From an uncultured Candidatus Binatia bacterium (GTDB lineage Bacteria; Desulfobacterota; Binatia; Bin18): a DNA stretch of 64,000 nt. Below the pieces are notes generated by a model that saw nothing but the letters and a program-made list of their open reading frames with translations, searched no databases and was not told the DNA's origin. Positions 1 through 7,799 of the stretch are shown piece after piece. The position numbers and the translations under genes were made by a program. The number at the start of each line of letters is the position of its first letter. Positions within the stretch are counted from its first letter, which is position 1. Location of the stretch: contig OZ241744.1 in NCBI GenBank assembly GCA_965200965.1, positions 192,001 to 256,000 on the forward strand, read 5' to 3'.

Positions 1-1
1 T

Positions 2-643
2 CTGGCCATGTTTGGCGGGCTGAAAGCCCATCTGCGCCGGCTTGAGATTGCCGGCGGCACCTTGCTGATGGTGGTCGGAGTTCTGGTCTTCAACGACAAA
101 ATGTCGTGGCTCTCCTCCCGCCTGACGTTTCTCAACCCTGAAGAGTTGCTGGTTGCGACTGAGCCGGCAGCTCCAGCGGCGCACAACCCGGCTGAGAGCC
201 GCTACGGCAGCTATAATTTCACCCTTACCACGATTGATAGCGAGCAGGTCAGCCTGGCCGACTATTACGGCAAGGTCGTCCTGGTCAACTTCTGGGCACC
301 CTGGTGCGGCCCGTGTGTGGTTGAGACGCCGGCCCTGGTGCGGATGTATGACAAGTACAAGAGCCAGGGCTTTGCGGTCATTGGCGTCGCCCTCCAGAGC
401 GAAGAGGACGGGGTCAAGCAGTTTGTTGAAACATACCGCATCCCCTACGCCATTGGTCGGGATACCGAGCAGGCCATCGGTCTGCGCTACCAGGTGTTTG
501 CCCTGCCCAGCAGCTTTCTGTTCTCGCCCGACGGCAAGGTCAAGCGGGCCTTTACCGGGTTTATCGCCGAAGAAGCCCTCGAGGCCGAGCTGAAAAAGCT
601 GCTGCCGGCCCCGCCACCGCAGCGTATGGCCCGTCAACCCTAG
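2..643 (+). CDS. TlpA/ResA-like thiol-disulfide oxidoreductase fused to the C-terminal part of a CcdA-like membrane domain (5'-partial)
   Basis: VVLVNFWAPWCGPC thioredoxin CxxC motif. The preceding TM segment IAGGTLLMVVGVLVF resembles the CcdA C-terminus. The frame is open to the window edge. Confidence 0.85.
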   Translation: MAMFGGLKAHLRRLEIAGGTLLMVVGVLVFNDKMSWLSSRLTFLNPEELLVATEPAAPAAHNPAESRYGSYNFTLTTIDSEQVSLADYYGKVVLVNFWAPWCGPCVVETPALVRMYDKYKSQGFAVIGVALQSEEDGVKQFVETYRIPYAIGRDTEQAIGLRYQVFALPSSFLFSPDGKVKRAFTGFIAEEALEAELKKLLPAPPPQRMARQP

Positions 644-663
644 ACAGGGTGGGGGGAAGAAGC

Positions 664-753
664 ATGATCCAGGGTATGTTTCACATCAATATCAAGGTGA
701 CCAACTGTGAACACGCACTCGGATGTTCCCACATGATGGGCTTCAGATTATAG
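664..753 (+). pseudogene. Remnant of a VOC/glyoxalase-family gene N-terminus
   Basis: Translates MIQGMFHINIKVTNCEHALGCSHMMGFRL*, resembling the VOC beta1-His...LGF start. Purine-rich RBS upstream; only 29 aa. Confidence 0.45.
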
Positions 754-756
754 CCT

Positions 757-1104
757 ATGCCGACCGCCACAAAAAAACGTATCTACCGGGTCGTTTTCTC
801 AAATCACGGACAGGTCTACGAAGTCTACGCCAAAAGTGTGAGCCAGGGCGGCCTGTTTGGCTTTGTCGAGGTCGAAGGGCTGATCTTTGGCGAAAAGACC
901 AGCTTGGTCGTCGATCCTTCAGAGGAAAGCTTACAGCGTGAGTTTTCGGGCGTCGAGCGAACCCATATTCCCCTGCACACCGTTATCCGCATCGACGAGG
1001 TTGAGAAACGCGGCTCCAGCACGATCCGCGTCGTGCCCGAATCCAGCGACAAGGTTACGCCCCTGCCAACGCCGATCTACACGCCGACAAAGCCCGACAG
1101 CTAG
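757..1104 (+). CDS. DUF1820 family protein
   Basis: IYRVVFSNHGQVYEVYAK...VVDPSEE.LQREFSGVERTHIPLHTVIRIDEVEKRG pattern typical of this family. Confidence 0.85.
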   Translation: MPTATKKRIYRVVFSNHGQVYEVYAKSVSQGGLFGFVEVEGLIFGEKTSLVVDPSEESLQREFSGVERTHIPLHTVIRIDEVEKRGSSTIRVVPESSDKVTPLPTPIYTPTKPDS

Positions 1105-1134
1105 ACCCCGCTCCCCAAGGATGGAACGACAGGC

Positions 1135-2691
1135 ATGAGCTGGCAGAAGGAAGTTGACGGCCTTGAACTCCGTCGCCGGCTGGCCCTCGAACACGGCGGT
1201 CCAGAGGCGGTCAAGCAGCAGCAGGCCAAAGGGCGACTGGCCATTCGCGAGCGTTGTGCCGGGCTTCTTGATGAGGGGTCGTTTCGTGAGCAGGGCCGGA
1301 TTGCCGGCTATGCAGAAACCGATGACAGCGGCCAGTTGCGGGCCTTCTCGCCGGCCAACTATGTGCTCGGCTTTGGCAAGATCAACGGCCGGCCGTGTGT
1401 AGTTGGCGGCGAAGACTTTACCCTGCGGGGCGGCTCACCTACGCCGGCCGGCCTGCGCAAGAGCGTGTATATTGAAGAGTTGGCCGCCCAGTACCGCGTT
1501 CCCCTGATCCGCTTTCTGGAGGGCGGCGGGGGCAGCGTGCCGCGCGGCAAAGGCCAGGGCGGGGGTGACGGCGGCAGCGCGGCTAACGCGCCCCACCGCT
1601 TTCTGTCGGTCATGCGCGTCATGGGCGTGGTCCCGGTCGTCTCCGCCGCGGTCGGGGCGGTTGCGGGTCTGCCCGCGGCCAGACTTGTCGCCTCGCACTT
1701 TTCGGTCATGACCAAACATACCGCCCAGGTGATGATTGCCGGGCCAGCGATTGTCGAGCGGGCCTTTGGCCGCCTCTACAGCAAAGAAGAGTTGGGCGGG
1801 CCGCAGGTGCATCTGGCCAGCGGGGTGGTCGATAATGTGGCCGACGATGAACATGGGGTACTGGACCTGATCCGCCGCTTTCTCAGCTATCTGCCGAGCA
1901 ATATCTGGGAGACGCCCCCGCTGGCCGACTGCAACGATGACCCCAACCGCCAGGACGAAGCACTGCTCTCAATCATTCCGCGCAACCGCCGGCGGGCCTA
2001 TCCGATGCGGCGGATTATTGAGGCCGTTGTTGACCGTGGCTCGTTTTTTGAGCTGGCCCCGCAGTACGGACAGTCGCAGATCACCGGCCTGGCCCGGCTG
2101 AACGGTCATCCGGTCGGGGTGCTGGCCAACGATCCGAGGTGGTTTGCCGGGGCCATGACTGCTGCCGCCGCCCAGAAAGTACGTCGCTTCGTTGATCTGT
2201 GCGACACGTTTCACCTGCCGGTGGTGAGCCTGGTTGACGAGCCGGGTTTCATGATCGGCCCTGAAGCCGAACAGGCGGCCACCATCCGCCACGGCACGGC
2301 CACCCTGTTTGCCATCATGCAGTCCAGCGTCCCCTGGATCTCGGTCATTGTGCGCAAGATGTACGGCGTGGCCGGGGCGGCCCACTTTGCCTCGGGTGGC
2401 ACAGTCCTGGCCTGGCCGTCGGCCGAGACCGGGGCGCTGCCGATTGAGGGCGGCGTGGCGGTGGCGTTTCGCCGCGAGATTGCCGCCGCGCCCGACCCGG
2501 ACGCCAAGCGTCGCGAGATTGAGGAGCGCATCGCCGGCCAGCGCAACCCCTACACCCGGGCCGAGAACTTCAGCATCCACGATATGATTGATCCCCGCCA
2601 CACGCGACCGTCCCTGTGTGACTGGGTTGAACTGATCCAGCCCCAGTTGAAAGCCCACCTCGGCCCCCGGGCGTATACAATCCGGCCCTAG
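1135..2691 (+). CDS. Acyl-CoA carboxylase carboxyltransferase (beta) subunit
   Basis: 518 aa with GEDFTLRGGS, ELGGPQVH, RFVDLCDTFHLPVVSLVDEPGFMIG and IDPRHTR motifs. Confidence 0.92.
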   Translation: MSWQKEVDGLELRRRLALEHGGPEAVKQQQAKGRLAIRERCAGLLDEGSFREQGRIAGYAETDDSGQLRAFSPANYVLGFGKINGRPCVVGGEDFTLRGGSPTPAGLRKSVYIEELAAQYRVPLIRFLEGGGGSVPRGKGQGGGDGGSAANAPHRFLSVMRVMGVVPVVSAAVGAVAGLPAARLVASHFSVMTKHTAQVMIAGPAIVERAFGRLYSKEELGGPQVHLASGVVDNVADDEHGVLDLIRRFLSYLPSNIWETPPLADCNDDPNRQDEALLSIIPRNRRRAYPMRRIIEAVVDRGSFFELAPQYGQSQITGLARLNGHPVGVLANDPRWFAGAMTAAAAQKVRRFVDLCDTFHLPVVSLVDEPGFMIGPEAEQAATIRHGTATLFAIMQSSVPWISVIVRKMYGVAGAAHFASGGTVLAWPSAETGALPIEGGVAVAFRREIAAAPDPDAKRREIEERIAGQRNPYTRAENFSIHDMIDPRHTRPSLCDWVELIQPQLKAHLGPRAYTIRP

Positions 2692-2711
2692 CCGTGATGC
2701 GAGGAAGAACT

Positions 2712-3602
2712 ATGAGCGTGACTTTGGATTGGCTCGGCTGCGCCACATTTCGGCTCAGCATTGACGGGCTGGTTGTTTTTCTGGACGCCTATATTGACCG
2801 CGTACCGAGCGCGGCCCAAACCGGCATGACCACCGAGGATGTGCATCAGGCCGACTGGATTGTGGTTGGTCACTCACATTTCGATCATCTGTACGGGGCT
2901 GAGCGAATTGCCAAAGCGACCGGGGCGACCATTATCGGCTCCTACGAGTCCATCCGCATCATGGCCGCTCAGGGCGTCCCGGAGGACCAGCTCATGCCGG
3001 TGGCGGGCGGTGAAAACATTCAGCTTGCACCACAGGTGACGGTCAATGTGTACCCCAGCCAGCACTCGTGTGTGTGGTCAAAGACGGCCATGCCGGACTC
3101 CGACGCGGTGTGTATCGGGGAGTTGGGCGTGACCTACCAGGAGCAGGCCGAGCGGCTCAAAGACTTATGGGCCCAGCTCAGCGCGCTGGGCGGGGAAGTA
3201 CTCGAACACCTCAAAGTCTCGGCCCAGGGTGCGCGCGGCGACGGCGGAGCGCTGGTGTATCTGTTTGAAACGCCACACGGCTCATTGCTGTATCAAGACA
3301 CGTCTGGACACTGGAGCGGCATTGTGCGCAATCTGCGTCCCGATGTGGCGATTGTTGCCGCGGCCGGTCGGGGTAACATCGACGGTGAGCCGATTCAGGG
3401 CTCGCTGGCCCAGTTTGTTGCCCGCCAAGTCGAGATGCTCCGCCCCCAGGGGGTTGTTCTGGGCCACCACGACAACTGGCTGCCAGGTTTCTCCAAGGCG
3501 ATTGATACAGCACCGATTCGGCAGGAACTGGCCCGCTGGGTGCCACGGACAAAACTGCTTGAGATGGGCTATCTGGAGGCGTATCCGATTTTTGAGGGGT
3601 GA
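2712..3602 (+). CDS. MBL-fold metallo-hydrolase (UlaG-like)
   Basis: WLGCATF start and HSHFDH metal-binding motif; GAGGAAG RBS before ATG 2712. Confidence 0.88.
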   Translation: MSVTLDWLGCATFRLSIDGLVVFLDAYIDRVPSAAQTGMTTEDVHQADWIVVGHSHFDHLYGAERIAKATGATIIGSYESIRIMAAQGVPEDQLMPVAGGENIQLAPQVTVNVYPSQHSCVWSKTAMPDSDAVCIGELGVTYQEQAERLKDLWAQLSALGGEVLEHLKVSAQGARGDGGALVYLFETPHGSLLYQDTSGHWSGIVRNLRPDVAIVAAAGRGNIDGEPIQGSLAQFVARQVEMLRPQGVVLGHHDNWLPGFSKAIDTAPIRQELARWVPRTKLLEMGYLEAYPIFEG

Positions 3603-5044
3603 GCCGACGGGGCTGCTGTCGCCGCTTGACTACGTCGCTCGTCAAGCAGCCGGTGTAGCTCGATGTGGCGCTGGCGGCTGAGGCTGATGCGGCTGAGCAG
3701 GACCAGCGGAATCAGAAAGCTGGCCGACAGCCCCGGCCCGACAATAAAGCCCAGATTCCACACCACATCGGGGTTAAGCGTGCCCGGGGCCGCCCCTGGG
3801 TCCAGCCCGACCAGATCAATCACTATCCCGCCGGCCAGCTGCCCAAAGCCGGTGGTAGCCTTGGTGGCAAACGCCTGACCGGCGTAGAACACACCCTCTT
3901 TGCGCGTGCCGGTGTCATACTCGTGTTCGTCAATAATGTCAGCAACGATGGACGGGACCATGATCTGGGTCAGGACGAGGGCTGTGACCCCGACATAGCT
4001 CTGGGCCAGGGCCAGAGGAAACAGCCACGGGTCGCCGTTGGCCGGCAGGACATCGATCAGCCGCAGGCTGAACCACCAGCCGCCGTTCAGAATGGCGACG
4101 CCCAGCGCCAGCAGCAGAATCCGGCTTTTTTCCAGCCGCCGGCCGAGCGGTCTGACCAGGGCAAAGGCACTGCCGGTGGCCAGCAGAAACGGGATGGCGA
4201 ACAGGGCGAGTTGCCGGGCCGAAAACTCCCAGAAGTAGGTGTTCACATACAGCAGCAGGCTGGCGTAGAGGCCGCTGCTGCCCAGCGCAAACAGCAGGGC
4301 GACAAACAGCCAGCGGAAGTTGTGGTTGCCGAGAGCGTGGTACATGTCGATGAACGGCTGGCGCAGGCGAAAGGTTTGGGGCGCGGCCGGCGGGACCGGC
4401 AGATGGGGAATCTCGCGCCAGGTGAAGATGCAGGTGAGCGCTCCGACGAGCAGCACAAAGCCGGCCGACAGGTTGCCGTAGACCGTGTAGTTCTCGGCGA
4501 TAAGTCGTCCGTCTGTGCCGTCCTGGGGCTGAAACACAAAGGCCAGCGACAGGGCCGGCAGGGCCACGCCGGCCAGCCAGCCGAGCGAGGTCTTATAGCC
4601 CATGATGACCGACCGTTCTTCGTAGTCCTGGGACAGTTCTGCGCCGAGGGCGTCGTGGGGGATGGAGAAGATCGTCAGAAAGGTCCGCAGCAGGACCGAC
4701 ACCACGCTCAGCCACACAAAGGTGGTGAACTCGTCCAGATCCGAGGGGGGAGAGAACAGGAAGACAAACGACACGGCCAGGGGCACGAGGGCGGCGGCCA
4801 TCAGCGGGTGTCGGCGGCCGTAGCGGGAGCGGTAGTTATCGGAAAAGGAGCCGACGATGGGGTCGCTGAAGGCGTCGCTGCACAAGCCGATCAGGGCCGC
4901 CAAGCCGGTCAGTGTGCCCGATACACCCAGGACCTGGGTGTAGTAGAACATCACAAAGTTGACGAAGGCGGCGTCTTTGGCGGCAAAGGCCATGCGGCCG
5001 ATGCCGTAGGCGAGTTTGGTCCTGAGGCTGAGTGTCCGGTTCAC
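3569..5044 (-). CDS. MFS transporter, GPH (sugar:cation symporter) family
   Basis: KLAYGIG, DAFSDPIVGSFSD..RSRYGRRHP and ADIIDEHEYDTGTRKEG motifs; about 12 hydrophobic segments. Confidence 0.9.
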   Translation of the reverse strand: MNRTLSLRTKLAYGIGRMAFAAKDAAFVNFVMFYYTQVLGVSGTLTGLAALIGLCSDAFSDPIVGSFSDNYRSRYGRRHPLMAAALVPLAVSFVFLFSPPSDLDEFTTFVWLSVVSVLLRTFLTIFSIPHDALGAELSQDYEERSVIMGYKTSLGWLAGVALPALSLAFVFQPQDGTDGRLIAENYTVYGNLSAGFVLLVGALTCIFTWREIPHLPVPPAAPQTFRLRQPFIDMYHALGNHNFRWLFVALLFALGSSGLYASLLLYVNTYFWEFSARQLALFAIPFLLATGSAFALVRPLGRRLEKSRILLLALGVAILNGGWWFSLRLIDVLPANGDPWLFPLALAQSYVGVTALVLTQIMVPSIVADIIDEHEYDTGTRKEGVFYAGQAFATKATTGFGQLAGGIVIDLVGLDPGAAPGTLNPDVVWNLGFIVGPGLSASFLIPLVLLSRISLSRQRHIELHRLLDERRSQAATAAPSAHPSKIGYASR

Positions 5045-5273
5045 AGGCGGTCCTTGGGCGGCATATTAGCCGGGGCTGGACTGGGCTTGTCAATGGGGCG
5101 CAGACCTTTTCAGGCCGGGTCCTCAGCCGTGCTTGAGCCAAGGCTGCGCGTTTTTGAAAATGACTGCCACGAACGTCAGGTCTCCGACATGTTCTTGCTC
5201 GGCCCGGAAGCCTGGGCTAGTTTCGCCGCGTGGAAGACGAAGGCAGAGCGATGCATCCAGGAAGGAGGACGAT

Positions 5274-5729
5274 ATGGACGAACCGCATGTCCGGGGCTGG
5301 CGCAAGCCGGCTGAGCAGGCTGGCGGCTTCCGTCATGCGGTGGCCGCTACGCAGTCCGACAGCCTGAGGGTTGAGGTGCAGGCCGGACCGTTTGCCTGGA
5401 CCCTTGATGAGCCGCAGGCAATGGGCGGGCGGGGGAGTGCGCCGGACCCGGTGACAGCGTTTCTGGGCGCGCTGTGCGGTTGTCTGCTGCTGTCGGTGCA
5501 GATTACGGCCCGGGCCCGGGGGGTTCCGCTGGACGGGGCGACGATCTCGGCCAAGGCGAATGAAAAGGGCTTTGTGAAAACGATTGCGCTCAGGCTGACC
5601 GTCCGCAGCAGCGCGCCCCAAGAGCAGGTCCGCACAATTGTCGAGCGGGCGGAGAGGGGCTGTTACATCAAGGGGCTGCTCAAAGAGGCGCTTGATTACC
5701 GGCTGAGCCTGGAGCTTGAGATGGTCTGA
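5274..5729 (+). CDS. OsmC/Ohr family protein
   Basis: DEP..MGG.GSAPDP...FLGALCGC and AERGCYI conserved cysteines; AGGAGG RBS. Confidence 0.85.
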   Translation: MDEPHVRGWRKPAEQAGGFRHAVAATQSDSLRVEVQAGPFAWTLDEPQAMGGRGSAPDPVTAFLGALCGCLLLSVQITARARGVPLDGATISAKANEKGFVKTIALRLTVRSSAPQEQVRTIVERAERGCYIKGLLKEALDYRLSLELEMV

Positions 5730-6083
5730 GGGGAAGGGACAGGGCCGGCCTTGCGGGGGAAGGAGCAGGCTGCTGTTGCTGGGGCAGCAGCCGGTTGCCT
5801 GAAAACGGGGCAGGTCGGTGGCAGCTGCTCCAAAAAAGGCGTGCGGATTTGGGCATTTGGCCGGAGGCGATTTCGGCATCGTTCTTGCTCGTGTCATCTG
5901 ACTGCAAGAAACATCTCACGCCGGCTTCACAGGTTTGTCACCAAAGAGACATGAAATGCAGCTAAGCAGAACAAAACACCGGCGGGAGTCACCTGGGTGA
6001 CGAAGGCCGGCTTGAGGAGCGGCAGGCGGCTGCATTATCGTGCCTGCACGAGCAAGAATGGACAGGGAGAAGGAGACCAGAGC

Positions 6084-6542
6084 ATGGCAGAGACGGCAAT
6101 GAAGAGAGGGATGAACGAGTTCCTGACCGCCTGTACGGCCCTGTGTGTGGATCTGCCGTTCGCCGGCCTGCGGATGGGGCTGGGGATGAGCAACGAGAAG
6201 GAAGCGACTGAGGCGGCCTGGAAGGGCTATGACGCCACAGTCAGGCTCACCTCCACGGCCATTGATGAGCTGTACCGCAACCCGCTCGTGGGTCAGCTTG
6301 CGGCCTCGGCCCTGGACGGGATGCTGCGCGTCCAGAGGGCCGGCACTGCTCTGACCGGGGCAGCGTTCACCGGCCTGTGGCGGGCCGTCGGCCTGCCGAC
6401 CGCGGCAGAGGTCCAGACCCTGCGCGAAGAAGTCCGCGCCCTGGCCGAGAAGAGCCAGCCGGTTGAGGTGCAGGTCAAGCCCAGAATCAAGCCGGCGGCC
6501 AAGACCAGCGAAGTGGTCCATCTCCACAGCAAAGTGGCCTAG
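6084..6542 (+). CDS. PhaE-like subunit of class III PHA synthase (short form)
   Basis: Directly upstream of phaC. C-terminal GLPTAAEVQTLREEVRAL resembles the PhaE LPT..E...L coiled-coil. AAGGAG RBS. Confidence 0.6.
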   Translation: MAETAMKRGMNEFLTACTALCVDLPFAGLRMGLGMSNEKEATEAAWKGYDATVRLTSTAIDELYRNPLVGQLAASALDGMLRVQRAGTALTGAAFTGLWRAVGLPTAAEVQTLREEVRALAEKSQPVEVQVKPRIKPAAKTSEVVHLHSKVA

Positions 6543-6561
6543 CCCAGACGAGGACCGAACG

Positions 6562-7647
6562 ATGTCTGTACTCACCGAACTTCCCAAATACTGGCTTGAC
6601 GGCGCGGTGCGCGGCCTGCACGGCTTCCGCCGCGGGATTGGCGAAGCCTACCCGGCTGGGGAAGATCCGCCCCCGACCACCCCGTATGAACTGGTCTATG
6701 AGGGCGGCAAAACCCGCCTGCGCTACTATCCAGCGATTGGCCGGCCGCTGGCCACCCCGATCCTGATCTGCTACTCGCTGGTCAAGCGGCCCTTCATCCT
6801 GGATCTCCTGCCCGGCCGCAGCGTGGTTGAAACCCTGACGAAGAGCGGCCTGGAGGTCTATTTCATCGACTGGGTTCCGCCCACCCAGGCCGACAGTTGG
6901 CGGGGCTTTGACGCCTATGTCAACGGCGACTTGGCCAACGCGGTGCGGGCCATCCAGATCCGTGAGGGTGTCGATCGGGTGTCGCTGCTCGGCTACTGCT
7001 TTGGCGGCCTGCTGACCACCATGTACGCCGCCCTGTATCCAGACCAGATCAGGAATCTGGTCAACTTCACCCTGCCGTTCGACATGAGTGTGCGTGAGTT
7101 GCCGACCCAGGCCCTGATGGAAAAGATATCGCCCCAGACCATGAAGCTGATGACTGAGGTCTACGGCAACTGCCCGGCCTGGTTCATGAAAGCCTCGTTT
7201 GACGCAATGGCCCCGGTCCATCATGCACTGGATAAATATGTCGGCCTGTATCGGGGCAGGGAGAACAAGGACTATGTCCAGATGTTTGACCTGTTCGAGA
7301 AATGGATGAACAGCGATGTGCCAATGGCCGGCCAGATTTTCCGCGAAACGATTGAAGAGTTGTCCCGGAAAAACGCCCTGGTCAAAAACGAGTTTCAGAT
7401 TCGGGGCCAAGCCGTTGATCTTCAGAACATCACCTGTCCGGTGCTGAATGTCATTGGCCAGCACGACGATGTGGTGCATCCCAAGTCCAGCCTGCCCCTC
7501 GTTGAGCTGGTCGGTGGTGAAGATGCGACCAACCTGGTCTTTCCGACCGGCCATATCGGGGCCGCGGTCAGCACCAGTGCCCAGAAAAAACTCTGGCCCC
7601 AGGTTGGCAGGTGGCTGCGTGAGCGGGACAGCCTGCTCGGTCACTGA
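6562..7647 (+). CDS. phaC: Class III poly(3-hydroxyalkanoate) synthase PhaC
   Basis: About 361 aa; lipase box GYCFGG, DDVV Asp and TGHIG His; SLVKRPFILDL motif. Confidence 0.88.
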   Translation: MSVLTELPKYWLDGAVRGLHGFRRGIGEAYPAGEDPPPTTPYELVYEGGKTRLRYYPAIGRPLATPILICYSLVKRPFILDLLPGRSVVETLTKSGLEVYFIDWVPPTQADSWRGFDAYVNGDLANAVRAIQIREGVDRVSLLGYCFGGLLTTMYAALYPDQIRNLVNFTLPFDMSVRELPTQALMEKISPQTMKLMTEVYGNCPAWFMKASFDAMAPVHHALDKYVGLYRGRENKDYVQMFDLFEKWMNSDVPMAGQIFRETIEELSRKNALVKNEFQIRGQAVDLQNITCPVLNVIGQHDDVVHPKSSLPLVELVGGEDATNLVFPTGHIGAAVSTSAQKKLWPQVGRWLRERDSLLGH

Positions 7648-7684
7648 GCGCCGTAGCGGGCGCTGACCCACCGCATCAACAGAC

Positions 7685-7712
7685 AGGGCAGCCACTCCGG
7701 GCTGCCCTTTTT
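7685..7712 (+). terminator. Rho-independent terminator after phaC
   Basis: AGGGCAGCC-actccg-GGCTGCCCT stem-loop followed by TTTT. Confidence 0.7.
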
Positions 7713-7799
7713 GATCGTGCCGAAGGCCGCGGCTTGCTTGAGCCCGGGCCGTGCGAGTGCTTGAATAGCGTCGCCGTCGGGCAGACTGGGGAACAGACG

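Noticed and set aside
5063-5093. sigma70 promoter for the GPH transporter (TTGACA...TAATAT on the minus strand)
   Set aside because: The 19-bp spacing is suboptimal, so it is not supportable without transcript data.
3665-5314. Long antisense or alternate-frame ORFs (e.g. 3665..5314, 6487..7836, 11225..12760, 15774..17117, 47208..48365)
   Set aside because: Shadow ORFs opposite well-supported genes, as expected in high-GC DNA; no motifs.
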